Positions 1 to 11,814 of a DNA stretch of 44,380 nucleotides are shown here, piece after piece (the stretch's first letter is position 1; the number at the start of each line of letters is the position of its first letter). The notes below the pieces were generated by a model. The model did no database searches, was not told where the DNA came from, and saw only the letters and a program-made list of their open reading frames with translations. Both the position numbers and the translations under genes were made by a program. The stretch lies in the NCBI RefSeq assembly GCF_004010195.1, contig NC_057719.1, forward strand, positions 92,246,814 through 92,291,193, written 5' to 3'. This DNA is from Chiloscyllium plagiosum (taxonomy: Eukaryota).

Positions 1-545
1 CTGTCATTTCTTTATTTTTTCCTATTTTTTTTCCCTCAGAATTTGTCCTTGAAAATCTGTACTAGGCACCTCTGTATCTAAGCTGGCGCCATAAGTGGTG
101 ACTTGTAAACTTTTCACCGTACTCATGTGAAAAGTACGTGACAATAAAGCTAATTCTGATTTTATTAAGGCAAACTGGCCTCCTCTCACACTGTAAGAAT
201 GCTTTAATGACTTGTCAAAGGTAGCTCTGGAACAGGACGGGTAAATGTAGGAAGAAAAAGAGAAACTGATGCAGATTGTCAACAGTAGGCACAGTGGGCA
301 AGAGCCCGACTGAGAGAATGGCTCTCCACCCATAGTCAAACAGCTTACTGAGGTTCACTGGCCATTGCCTGAGTGTCTATTTTGCCATATAATTCACAGG
401 ATTGTGACAATACAGAATGAGGCCTTTTCGATCATTGTTTATGGACTGGCTCTCTCACTGAGTAATTCCCTACTGCCCTCTCCCGGTAATCTTACACATT
501 GTTCCCTTGCTGATAATAATCCAATTCCCATTATAATGTTTCATC

Positions 546-794
546 TGAGGGGTGACCTTATAGAGGTTTACAAAATTATGAGGGGGCATGGATAGGGTAA
601 ATACGCAAAGTCCTTTCCCTGGGGTCGGAAAGTCCAGAACTAGAGGGCATAGGTTTAGGGTGAGAGGGGAAAGATATAAAAGAGATCTAAGGGGCAACTT
701 TTTCACACAGAAGGTGGTACGTGTATAGAATGAGCTGCCAGAGGAAGTGGTGGAGGCTGGTACAATTGCAACATTTAAGAGGCATTTGGATGGG
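546..794 (+). mobile_element. CR1 (HER1-like) ORF2 3' fragment
   Basis: Encodes LRGDLIEVYKIMRG...NFFTQ...VVEAGTIATFKRHLDG. Confidence 0.88.
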
Positions 795-944
795 TTCCTT
801 CCAACAACGGGAATGGTTTCTCCCTTTCTATTCTGTCCAGACTCCTCATGGTTTTTAACATCGCGATCAAATCTCTTAACCATCTTGACTCCAAGGAGAA
901 CAGTCCCAACTTCACCAATCTATGTGACTGAAATTCCAGTCCTG

Positions 945-1503
945 GAGATGTACAAAATGGAAATGGACCCTTTGGTCCAACCCGTCCATGCTGACCAGAT
1001 ATCCCAAGCCAATTAGTCCCATTTGCCAGCACCCGGCCCATATCCTTCCAAATCCTTCCTATTCATATATCCATCCAAATGCCTTTTAAATGTTTCAATT
1101 GTACCAGCCTCCACCACTTTCTCTGGCAGCTCATTCCATACACGTACCACCCTCTGCGTGAAAAAGTTGCCCCTTAGGTCTCTTTTATACCTTTCCCCTC
1201 TCACCCTAAACCTATGCCCTCACCCCAGAGAAAAGACTTTGTCTATTTACCCTATCCACGCCCCGTCATTAATTAATAAACCTCTATAAGGTCTCCCCTC
1301 AGCCTCCGACGCTCCAGGGAAAACAGCCCCATCCTGTTCAGCCTCTCCCTATAGCTCAAACCCTCCAACCCTGGCAACATCCTTGTAAATCTTCTCTCAA
1401 CCCTTTCAACGTCCTTCCGATAGGAAGGAGACCAGAATTGCACGCAATATTCCAAAAGTGGCCTAACCAATGTCCTGTACAGCTGCAACATGACCTCCCA
1501 ACT
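945..1503 (-). mobile_element. CR1 (HER1-like) 3' end, 5'-truncated
   Basis: LVRPLLEYCVQFWSP...LRGDLIEVY...FFTQRVVRVWNELP plus 3' tail. Confidence 0.9.
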
Positions 1504-1518
1504 TTTGTGTCTTTTTTT

Positions 1519-1677
1519 TTAGATTACATTACAGTGTGGAAACAGGCCCTTCAGCCCAACAAGTCCACACTGACCCGCCGAAGCGCAACCCACCCATACC
1601 CCTACATTTACCCCTTACCTAACACTACGGCCAATTTAGCATGGCCAATTCACCTGACCTGCACATCTTCGGACTGT
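1519..1677 (-). mobile_element. HE1-type SINE, 5'-truncated
   Basis: Reverse complement of the 3' half of 4113-4428. Confidence 0.88.
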
Positions 1678-2365
1678 ATTTTCTGCACCCTCTCCAATGT
1701 TTTCCCATCCTTTCTAAAGTGTGGCTCCCAGAGCAGGATGCACTGCTCCAGAGGAGGCTGAGGCAGTGTTTTATGCAAGTATTCTGAAGCAGAATAATAT
1801 TGATCTCAAAATATTAACTCTGTTATCTGTCTCTCGCTCTCTTTCCACAGCTGCTGCCAGACTTGCTGAGTTTATCCAACAGGGTCTGTGTTTATTTCAG
1901 CATTCCAGCATCCGCAGTTCTTTATTTTTATTAAAATCTACCTCTTTGCTCTTATTCTATGCCTCTATGAATAAAACCTAGGATACTGTATAGTTTCAAC
2001 TATTCGGTATATACTGTCTCAACTTGTCCTGCACATTGACACCCAGGTCCCTCTGCTCCTGCAACCACTTTACAATTGTACCTTGTATCCTCGTTCCTCC
2101 TACCAAAATATATCATTTCACACTCCTCTATATTGAATGTTGTCTGTCCGTTCCACCTTCCTGTCTTTTTGGAGTTATCCACGATCTTTCTCACAATGCT
2201 AATGGGTTTTGCAGATTTTGAAACTCTGTCCTATACAGCAAAAGTTCTAGGTCATTGACACATCATCAGGAAAAACAAGAGTCACAACAATGAAATAAAA
2301 GCAAAATATTGCAGATGCTGGAAACCTGAAATAAAATCAGAGTGCAGGAGAAACCCAGCACGTCA

Positions 2366-2668
2366 GGGACAGCATGGTGGCTCACAGCACCAAGGTCCTG
2401 GGTTTGATCCCTGCCTCAGGCGACTGTCTGTGTGGAGTTTGCACATTTTCCCCATGTCTGCGTGGGTTTCCTCCGGGTGCTCCGGTTTGCTCCCATAATC
2501 CAAAGATGTGCAGGTCAGGTGAACTGGCCGCGCTAAATTGCCCGTAGTGTTAGGTGCATGAATCAGAGGGGAAAATGTAAAGGGGGTGGTTTGCTCATCG
2601 GAGGTTCGGTGTGGATTTGATGGGCCAAATGGCCTGTTTCCATACTGTCAGGAATCTAGTCTAATCTA
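2366..2668 (+). mobile_element. HE1-type SINE (inserted in an old Penelope-like repeat)
   Basis: Homologous to 4113-4428. Confidence 0.88.
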
Positions 2669-3169
2669 TGGAGAGGAAACCAGAGTTAATGTTTCAAATC
2701 CAGTACAACTCTTCTTCAGAATTGAAAGCAGCTGAAAAATACTGCTTTGTTTTAATGTTGTTCACAAAAGAGGAGCAAGTGGGACAGATTGTGAGTGTGT
2801 TCAGAACAAAAGATCCCGGGATGAGGCCGTTCTGCCATTCAATAGGATCGCGGCTGATTCGATATTCCACACATTTCTTGCCTTTTCCCAGTAACCCTTG
2901 GCTCCCCCACTGATCAAGAATCGATCTTAGCCTTAAATATACACAAGGACTCCATCCTCACAAGGAATTCCAAAGATTCATAATCCTCAGAGAAGAAATT
3001 CCACCTCATCTTGAATTGGCACCCCTTTATTTCTGGTCCTGGACTCTTCCATGACGGGAAACATTCTCTCAGCATTTACCCCGTCAAGCCCATTACGAAT
3101 CCTATATGTTTGAATGAAATCACCTCTCATTCTTCTAAGCTCTGGTGGGTGGAGTTCAACCTGGATCCC

Positions 3170-3416
3170 AGCGACTACCCCTCCTGAGAAAAAGAACAGG
3201 AAATGACATCACCAACACAGGAAATGACATCACCGACCCAAGGAAGCCTAAACACTTAAACAGAAAGTGGGACATACCACCAGCGCTTCATCCGGAGGCT
3301 CACTGACGATGTTGCCTAGTGTGGTGACGAAACATCTGAAACCGGACCTTGCAGCTCAGCGAGCAAACCTACATTCAGAATTTCAACCTGTGCCACAAAT
3401 CTTCTCAAAACTCGCA
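3170..3416 (+). mobile_element. Penelope-like terminal repeat, family C, hammerhead motif 3303-3336
   Basis: TCA-CTGACGA-T-GTTGCC-TAGTGT-GGTGAC-GAAA-CATC-TGA; interrupts the old CR1; internal ACAGGAAATGACATCACC duplication. Confidence 0.62.
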
Positions 3417-3760
3417 ATCCCTCCATATTAGGGATCATTCAAGTGAACTGCCACCAAAGAAATACCTTCAGTAAATAAGGGGACCAAACCTGCTCACAGC
3501 ACTCCAGCATCTGGAGCTCTGTGCTCTCACCAGCATCTTGTACAGTTACCTCGACACTGTTATACTCGAAGCCCCTTGAATTAAGGGCCCAGATTCCATT
3601 AGCCTCCCTGATTACCTGTTGCCTGTGTGTGCTAGTTGTGTGTTGCATGCACGCATTCCCCTAAGTCCCTTTAAGCTGCAGCTTTTGTAGTTTTTCTCTA
3701 TTTAAATCAGACTCTGTTCTCCCTTCCAAAATGAACAACTTCATATTTTCCCACGTTATA

Positions 3761-3962
3761 CAGGTTGCTCTGCTATAACGTGCAGAATTCACTATAATAC
3801 GACTGATGAATGAGGGACACTGTTTCTAAGGGATGAACTTTTAAAGCGTGTATTGGTTATGACGAGATTCTGGCCTTATTAGTTTAAATGGTGCTGCTAT
3901 TAGACAATTTTGTTATGACACGGGGTTGCACAAGAACAGAAAGGTTATAGCAAAACTGACCG
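3761..3962. mobile_element. MITE-like element (Tc1/mariner/Tigger type)
   Basis: TA on both sides (3759-3760, 3963-3964), imperfect ~19-bp terminal inverted repeats (CAGGTTGCTCTGCTATAAC / GTTATAGCAAAACTGACCG); flanking CR1 reads through when removed. Confidence 0.65.
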
Positions 3963-4112
3963 TACTCTGTTTGCTAACTTTTTGCCAACTTACTTAACCT
4001 ATTAATATCTCTTTGTAAACTGTTTGCATTCTTCGCGCACGTGCCTTTCCAGCTGGTTTATGTCATCCGCAAATCTATTAACAGCACATTCACTTGCTTC
4101 CTCTAAGTCACC

Positions 4113-4428
4113 GGGCGGCACGGTGGCACAGTGGTTAGCACTGCTGCCTCACAGCGTCAGAGACCCGGGTTCAATTCCCGCCTCAGGCGACTGACTGTGT
4201 GGAGTTTGCACGTTCTCCCCGTGTCTGCGTGGGTTTCCTCCGGGTGCTCCGGTTTCCTCCCACAGTCCAAAGATGTGCAGGTCAGGTGAATTGGCCATGC
4301 TAAATTGCCCGTAGTGTTAGGTATAGGGGTAAATGTAGGGGTATGGGTGGGTTGCGCTTCGGCGGGTCGGTGTGGACTTGTTGGGCCGAAGGGCCTGTTT
4401 CCATACTGTAATGTAATCTAATCTAATC
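4113..4428 (+). mobile_element. Full-length HE1-type tRNA-derived V-SINE
   Basis: Pol III A box TGGCACAGTGG 4124-4134, B box GGTTCAATTCC 4168-4178, V-domain TGTGTGGAGTTTGCACGTTCTCCCCGTG, LINE-like tail ending (TAATC)n. Confidence 0.93.
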
Positions 4429-5366
4429 ATTGTGTATTATAAACATTTGCGGACCCAGCACTGATCACAGTGGAATCAAACCGGTTAGAGGTTGCGAACT
4501 GGATAAAGAAACCCTTATCCCCACTCACTGTTTCCTCCCCATTCGTCAAGTCTCTATCCTTGCCAATGTACTACCTCCAACATCAGGGGTTCTTATGTTA
4601 TGAATTAACGTTCTACGAGATACCTTGCCACCTCCTGGAAGTCCCCTTTATCCATTCTGGTTAAGACTTCCACAAAAACTTTATCACATACAATTTTCCT
4701 TTTATGAAGTCTTCTGACTCTGCTGATTAGATTATAATTTCCAAATGTTTTGCTAGTCCTTAATAAATGATCCTAACACATTTCTAACACTAGGTGTTAG
4801 GCTTTTTGGCCTATAGTTGCCAGCCTTTTTGCATAGGGAAGACACATTGGCTGTTTTCCAATCCTCTGGTACTCCTCCAAGCTCCAAAGGATTTTTGGAA
4901 AATTACAAGTGATGCATCCGTTATCTCTACAGCTACCTATTTTGGGATCCTAGGGTCTGAGCCATCAGGACTTGGGGAATTATCTTTAGTTCTGTTCGCT
5001 TGCTTAATGCTACTTCCTTAGTGATGGTGTTGGTACTTAATTCCTCCCCATTTTCTTTAGCATTAATGGACCGTTCACAATATCTTCCACAGTAAAGACT
5101 GAGACATCGAGTCAGAGTCTGCACAGAAACAGACACTTCGCTCTAACTGGACAGTGCCAACGTGCCAGCATTTGGCCCATATCCCTCTAAATCCCTCCTA
5201 TTCATACACCCATCAAGATGTCTTTTAAACATTGTAATTGTATCAGCCTCCGTCACTTCCCCTGGCAGCTTGTTACAGAGCCACAGACTGATGTGAAATA
5301 TCTGTTTAACTCCTCTGCCATTTCCTTATTTTTCATATCCATCTGCCCAGATTCATTTTCTAAGGG

Positions 5367-5581
5367 CAGAAGTGGGTACTGCAGATGCTGGAGATTAGAG
5401 TCAAGGTTAGAGTGGTGCTGGAAAAGCACAGCAGGTCAGGCAGCATCCGAGGAGCAGGAAAATCAACGTTTCAGGCAAAAGCCCTTCCTGATGAAGGACT
5501 TTCGTCTGAAACGTCGATTTTTCCTGCTCCTCGGATACTGCCTGACCTGCTGTGCTTTTCCAGCACCACTCTAACCTTGAC
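5367..5581. mobile_element. Penelope-like fold-back insert, family A, with hammerhead motif (5488-5515, +)
   Basis: Long inverted arms; TSD TCATTTT(C/G)TAAGGG 5353-5366 / 5582-5595; CTGATGA-A-GGAC-TTTC-GTCT-GAAA-CGTC. Penelope assignment is inference (no ORF). Confidence 0.75.
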
Positions 5582-5837
5582 TCATTTTGTAAGGGGCCTA
5601 TCTTCCCTTTGACCTCTCTATTGCTTTTCACATTTTTAAAGAAGCTCTTATTATCAGTTTTTGTATTCCTTGCAAGTTTGCCCTCATTGTTTATTTTCTC
5701 TGTCTTTACCATTACCTACTTAGTCCTCCTTTGCTGGATTCTGAATTTATCCCAGTCTTCATGGTTTATCCCTCTCTAAGAATCTTTCCTCCTTGCTAGG
5801 ATATATTTTTGCTGAGAGGCCAAAGATTACCTCCTTA

Positions 5838-5985
5838 TATTAAAAAAGAAACCCAAAATAACTGTGGATGCAGGCAATCAGAAACAAGAAGCATCAACTG
5901 CTGGAAAATGCCAGCAGGTCAGGTAACATCTGTGGAGAGAAATCACAGTTCGCGTTCCGGGTCCAGTGACCCTCCTTCAGAACAT
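5838..5985 (-). mobile_element. Penelope-like insert, older family A variant, decayed hammerhead
   Basis: TTACCTCCTTA duplicated at 5827-5837 / 5986-5996; minus strand CTGAAGGA-GGGTC-ACTG-GACCC-GGAACG. Confidence 0.6.
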
Positions 5986-6028
5986 TTACCTCCTTAAGTA
6001 TCTGCCACTATCTTTCCTGCTAATCACT

Positions 6029-6362
6029 GAATCCCTACAGTGTGGAAACAGGCCCTTTGGCCCACCAAGTCCACTCTGACCCTCTGAAGAGTAACCCACC
6101 CAGACCCATCCCCCTACATTTACCCCTGACTAATGCACCTAATCTACACATCCCTGAACACTATGAGCAGTTTAGCACAACCAATTCACCTGACCTGCAC
6201 ATCTTTGGATTGTGGGAGGAAACTGGAGCACCTGGAGGAAACCCACATAGATGCAGGGAGAATGTGCAAACTTCACACAGACAGTCGCCCGAGGCTGGAA
6301 TCGAACCCAGGTCTCCAATGCTGTGAGGCAGCAGTGCTAACCACTGAGCCACCGTGCCACCC
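6029..6362 (-). mobile_element. HE1-type SINE
   Basis: Homologous to 4113-4428; A/B boxes on minus strand. Confidence 0.9.
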
Positions 6363-7026
6363 TGTCTAATTGACTTGTCCAGTTCACTTTCGGCAACTCT
6401 GTCCACACTTCATTATTTAAGTTGAACGCAGTTGTTTGACTCAAGTTTCTCATTCTCAAATTGACTATGAAATTCTGTTGTGTTATGATCACTACTTCCG
6501 AGGGATCTTTTACTCTGAGGTCATTTATTAAACCGGCCTCATTATCCATTACCAAATATCCCTGAATGTTAAGTTCCCAATTTTGATATTCCTGGAACCA
6601 AATTTCCGTCCTGGCTATGAGAGCATATCCATTTACACGGTTTTGTACCATCCATTTGTCTACCTTATTCTGAATGCTTAGTGCAATGAGATACAAAGCC
6701 TTTAGGGTTGTTCTCTTATCCAATTTCCCTACACTTTATAATTCCTCAGTGCATAACGACGTCCACACATTTTGTCTCTTCCTTTTACCTTTAGGTAACA
6801 AACATCACTAACCTGGGATCCTAGCTTCTCCTTTACATTTGATTTTCTCATTTTTCACGCAACTGAACCCAGCCTCCATTCCACTATTTAGTTTAAAGCC
6901 CTGTCTACAACTCGAGTTAAGAAAGTTCAAACTTGTTTCTCCCACACTAATCTTTGAGCTCCTCAGGCTTGTTAATCCATACCAATTAACTCATGGCTCA
7001 GTTAGTAATCCAGCGATCATAGAATG

Positions 7027-7367
7027 ATAGAATCCCTACAGTGTGCAAACAGGCCATTAGGCCCAACAGGTCCACACCGGCCCTCCGAAGAGTATCCTAC
7101 CCAGACCCATTCCCCTACCTTATTACTCTACGTTTCCCCCTGACTAACGCATCTAACCTCCACATCCCTGAACACCACGGGCAATTTAGCATGGCCAATC
7201 TACCTGTCCTGCACATCTTTTAGATTATGGAAGGAAACTGCAGCACCCGGAGAAAACACACGCAGACACGGGGAGAATGTGCAAACTCCACACAGACAGT
7301 CACCCGAGGCTGGGAATCGAACCCAGGTCCCTGGCGCTGTGAGGCAGCAGTGCTAACCACTGAGCCT
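7027..7367 (-). mobile_element. HE1-type SINE
   Basis: Homologous to 4113-4428. Confidence 0.9.
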
Positions 7368-8422
7368 TTTTTGGTCATGCTTTTCAATTTAGGCCCTCTT
7401 TCTACCTATATCATTGGTATCTATGTGGACCACGGCAACTGGATCTTTCCTCTCCCATTCCAAGCTCCTCTGCAGCTCAGACGGGATGTTCTGAACCTAA
7501 ACACCCAGCACAGCCTTCAGCAATTTTGATCCTGTCGACAGAGAACAGTGTCTGTTCCCCTGACTATACTATCCCCAATTACAACTACATTTCTCTTCTT
7601 TTCCCCTTCTTGAATGGCTTCCTGTACAGCGGTGCTATGGTCAGTTTGCCCATCCTCCCTACAGCCCATACTCTCAAACACACATGGAGCCAGAATCTCA
7701 AACCTGCGAGACAAGCTGAAGAGCGGAGGCTTCTTCAACACTACCTCCTGGATCTCTCTGCCTGTCCCAGTCACAGTCACCCTCTCCAGTCCCTGACCAC
7801 TTCGAGTTAAGTTAGTCTAAGGAGTGTGACTGCCTCCTGAACATAGCATCCGAGTAACTCTCCCCGTCCCTGATGTGTCGCACTGTTTGGAACTCAGTCT
7901 CCAGCTTATCATCTCTGAGTTGGTGTTCCTCAGCAAACAACACTGGCTACTGATATGGTCACTCTGAAACACAACGGGGTTTACCAGCTCCCACATCATG
8001 CATTTGCAACACATTGCCTGAGCTGAATTTCTATTTATTTACTGAATTTGTGTTTCTTAAAAAATTTCCTACAGTTTTAGTCTGTAAAATGTTTCTCCTG
8101 TTTACCTTCAATCTGAAAAAAATGATAATAAATAGTCAAATTAGCAGCTAGTACCAACCAATGAACGTACAGTTTTCCTGTGATGTCACTCTTTGCTTTG
8201 TGCTGGTCTTCAATTGCTTCTGTTAAAAAACCAACTTACAAACTATGAACCTAAAAGACAAACAGCACCTCTTCTCCTCTGCACCTAATTCCCACACTGC
8301 TCCAAAATCCCAGAGGTATACACTCACTGGGGCTGTGCCTCACTCCAGACGTGATCTCTCCTTCCTGACCATGTGAAGCTTACTGATAGTAAATGTCCAT
8401 CTCAAATAATCTTAACATAATT

Positions 8423-8622
8423 CGAAGATGCCGGTGTTGGACTGGGGTGTACAAAGTTAAAAATCACACAACACCAGGTTATAGTCCAACAGGTTTAATT
8501 GGAAGCACACTAGCTTTCGGAACGACTCAATCACCTGATGAAGGAGCGTAGCTCCGAAAGCTTGTGTGCTTCCAATTAAACCTGTTGGACTATAACCTGG
8601 TGTTGTGTGATTTTTAACTTTG
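8423..8622. mobile_element. 200-bp palindromic Penelope-like insert, family B, hammerhead motif 8535-8563 (+)
   Basis: ~70-bp near-perfect inverted arms 8452-8521 / 8553-8622; perfect 14-bp TSD ATCTTAACATAATT 8409-8422 / 8623-8636. Confidence 0.8.
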
Positions 8623-8834
8623 ATCTTAACATAATTAGCGATTCCGCAGATTCCTGAGAATCAGCTTGAGCAAAGCCCCCTTTCTCACTGGGCTGAATAC
8701 ATCCACTCGAGCAACTCTAGCCTCTCTACTTTACACCATCATTATCCCAGTCTATATTTGAATAATTAAAGTTCTCCCTTATAACTACACCAAAATGCTT
8801 GGACCTCTGTGTAATGTCCATGCAAATGGATGCC

Positions 8835-9140
8835 TTTACATCTTTCCCATTGGTTGGTTGGCCTACAGACTACACTGAGCAACGTGATTCACCTTGTTCC
8901 TTAGGGCTAGCTAAACAGGTTCTGCCTTTGAACCCTCTGGGACATCCCCCCTCTCTCTCTCTCCAGCTCTGTAATGCTCTTCTTCATTTTACATCTTTCC
9001 CATTGGTTGGTTGGCCTACAGACTACACTGAGCAACGTAATTCACCTTGTTCCTTAGGGCTAGCTAAACAGCTTCTGCCTTTGAACCCTCTGGGACATCC
9101 CCCCTCTCTCTCTCTCCAGCTCTGTAATGCTCTTCTTCAT
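8835..9140. repeat. Tandem duplication, 153 bp x2
   Basis: 8835-8987 and 8988-9140 differ at two positions by eye. Confidence 0.93.
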
Positions 9141-9196
9141 CAATACCTCCATCCCTCCCCCTCTTTATAGCCTTTCCTGAACACATTATATCAAAT

Positions 9197-9285
9197 CAAA
9201 ACTCACACAACACCAGGTTATAGTCCAACAGGTTTATTTGGAAGCCTTAGCTTTCGGAGCGCTGCTTCTTCATCGGGTGGATGTC
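9197..9285 (-). mobile_element. Family B single arm, mutated hammerhead core
   Basis: Matches 8458-8521; minus strand CCGATGAAGAAGCAGCGCTCCGAAAGCTA. Confidence 0.7.
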
Positions 9286-9628
9286 TTGCCTTTCTTTGAC
9301 CAGGTCTCTGAATTCGCTACATTATGATATTAACACTTGGCAATTTGTGCTTATAGCTCACCAACTTTACTCATTGCACTCTGTGCATTTAAGCATGTGC
9401 ACAGCAACCCTGACCTAGACTCGGTCACTTTCTCCCTAACTCTGATTTGTTTTTTGTTTACGGCGCAGTACAGGCCCTTCGGCCCTCGATGTTGCGCCGG
9501 CCTGTGAAACCGACCTGAAGCCCATCTAACCTACACTATTCATTTCCATCTATATATATATAATATATATATCCAATGACCATTTAAATGCTCTTAACAT
9601 TAGCGACTCTACTAATGTTGCAGGCAGT

Positions 9629-9853
9629 CGAGAGTGTGGGCCTGGAAAGGCACAGCAGGTCAGGCAGCATCCGAAGAGCAGGGCTTTTGCCCGAAACGTC
9701 GATTTTCCTGCTCCTCGGATGCTGCCTGAACTGCTGTGCTTTTCCGGCACCACTCTAAAGTAGAATCTGGTTTCCAGCATCTGCAGTCATTGTTTTTACC
9801 TAGCGTCCAAGGAGCAGGAAAATCAATGTTTCAGGCAAAAGCTCTTCATCAGG
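9629..9853. mobile_element. Penelope-like fold-back/tandem insert, family A, within CR1 3' end
   Basis: TSD AATGTT(G/A)CAGGCAGT 9614-9628 / 9854-9868; inverted arms. Confidence 0.75.
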
Positions 9854-11814
9854 AATGTTACAGGCAGTGCATTCCACGCCCCTACTACTCTCTGAGTAAA
9901 GAAACTACCTCTGACATCTCTCCTATATCCATCACCATCCGAGGAAAAAGGCTCTCACTGTCCACCCTATCTAACCCTCTGATTATCTTATATGTCTCAA
10001 TTACGTCACCTCTCAACCTTCTTCACTCTAACAAAAAAAACAGCCTCAAGTCCCTCAGCCTTTCCTCGTAAAACCTTCCCTCCATACCAGGCAACATCCT
10101 GGTAAATCTCCTCTGAACCTTTCCAAAGCTTCCACATCCTTCCTTTAATGCGGTGACCACAACTGGACACAATACTCCAAGTGCGGCCGCATCAGTGTTT
10201 TGTACCGCTGGAACATGACCTCGTGGCTCTGAAACTCAGTCCCTCTCCCAATAAAAGCTAACACACCGTATGCCTTCTGAACAACCCTATTAACCTGGGT
10301 GGCAACTTTCAGGGATCTAAGTTCATGGACACCGAGATCCCTCTGCTCATCTACACTACCAAGAATCTTACCATTAGCCCAGTACTCTGCATTCCTGTTG
10401 CTCCTTCCAGAGTGAATCACCTCCCAATCTGCATTAAACTCCATTTGCCACCTCTCAGCCCAGCTCTGCAGCTTATCTCTGTCCCCCTGTAACCTGCAAC
10501 ATCCTTCAGCACTATCCACAACTCCACCAACCTTAGTGTCATCTTCAAAGTTACTAACCCATCATTCTACATCCTCATCCAGATCATTTATAAAAATGAC
10601 AAACAGCAGTGGCCCCAAAACTAGTAACTGAACACTGGGATAAACATTTCCCATCAACCACCATCCTCTGTCTTCTTTCAGCTAGCCAATTTTTGATCCA
10701 AACCGCTAAATTACCCTCAATCCCATGCCTCCGTATTTTGTGCAATAGCCTACCGTGGGGAACCTTATCAAACGCCTTACTGAAATCCATATACACCACA
10801 TCAACTGCTTTACCCTCATCCACCTGTTTGGTCACCATCTCAAAGAGCTCAATAAGGTTTGTGAGGCATGACCTACCCTTCACAAAACTGTGCTGACTAT
10901 CCCTAATCAACTTATTCCTCTCTAGTTGATTATAAATCCTAACTCTCATAATCTTTTCCAATACTTTACTTACAACCGAAGTAAGGCTCATTGGTCTATA
11001 ATTACCAGGGTTGTCTCCACTCCCCTTCTTGAGCAAGGGGACAACATTTGCTATCCTCCAGTCTTCTGGCGCTATTCCTGTAAACAATGATGACATAAAG
11101 ATCAAATCCAAAGACTCTGCAATCTCCTCCCTGGTTTCCCAGAGAATCCTCAGATAAATCCCATCTGGCCCAGGGGACTTATATATTTTCACACTTTCCA
11201 GAATTGCTAACACCATCTCCTTGTGAACCTCAGTCCCATTCTGGTCTAGTAGCCTGTATCTAAGTATTCTCCTCAACAACACGTTCTCCATTGTGAATTC
11301 CAACAGAAAATATTCATTTCGCACTTCCTATCGCCTCTGACTCCAGGCATAACCTCCCACTACTGTCCTTGACTGGCCTTAATCTTACTCTAGTCATTCT
11401 TTTATTCCTGATATACATATAGAAAGCTTTAGGGTTTTCCTTGATCCTATCTGCCAATGAGTTCTCCTGTCCCTCGCCCCAGCTCTTCTTAGCTCTCTCT
11501 TTAGCTCTTTCCTGGCTAACTTGTAACTCTCAAGCGCCCTAACTGAGCCTTCACGTCTCATTCAAACATAAGCCGCCTTCTTCCTCTTGACAAGAGATTC
11601 AACTTCCTTAGTAAACCATGGCTCCCTTACTCGACCACTTCCTCCCTTCCTGACAGGTACATACTTATCAAGGACACGTAGTAGCTGTTCTATGAATAAG
11701 CTCCATATTTAAGTTGTGCCCGTACCCTGCAGTTTCCTTTCCCATCCTATGCATCCTAAATCTTGCCGAGTCACATCACAATTGCCTTTCCCCAGCTATA
11801 ACTCTTGCCCTGCC

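Larger units (their letters stand above)
2810..8030 (-). mobile_element. Old, near-complete CR1 LINE fragmented by younger insertions
   Basis: ORF1 Cys-rich segment (7817-8014), ORF1 esterase motif VVVIGDSIVRG (7517-7780), ORF2 endonuclease start LKALYLIALSIQNK...TEIW...WELNIQGY (6337-6723), RT C-terminal remnants (3439-3648), all collinear on minus. Could be more than one copy. Confidence 0.72.

Noticed and set aside
3800..3835. CTGATGA as another hammerhead or C/D-box motif
   Set aside because: No stem II or GAAA follows; lies within a MITE-like element.
4113..4190. tRNA genes at SINE heads
   Set aside because: A/B boxes continue into SINE bodies and no full cloverleaf with terminator is evident; they are tRNA-derived SINE heads.
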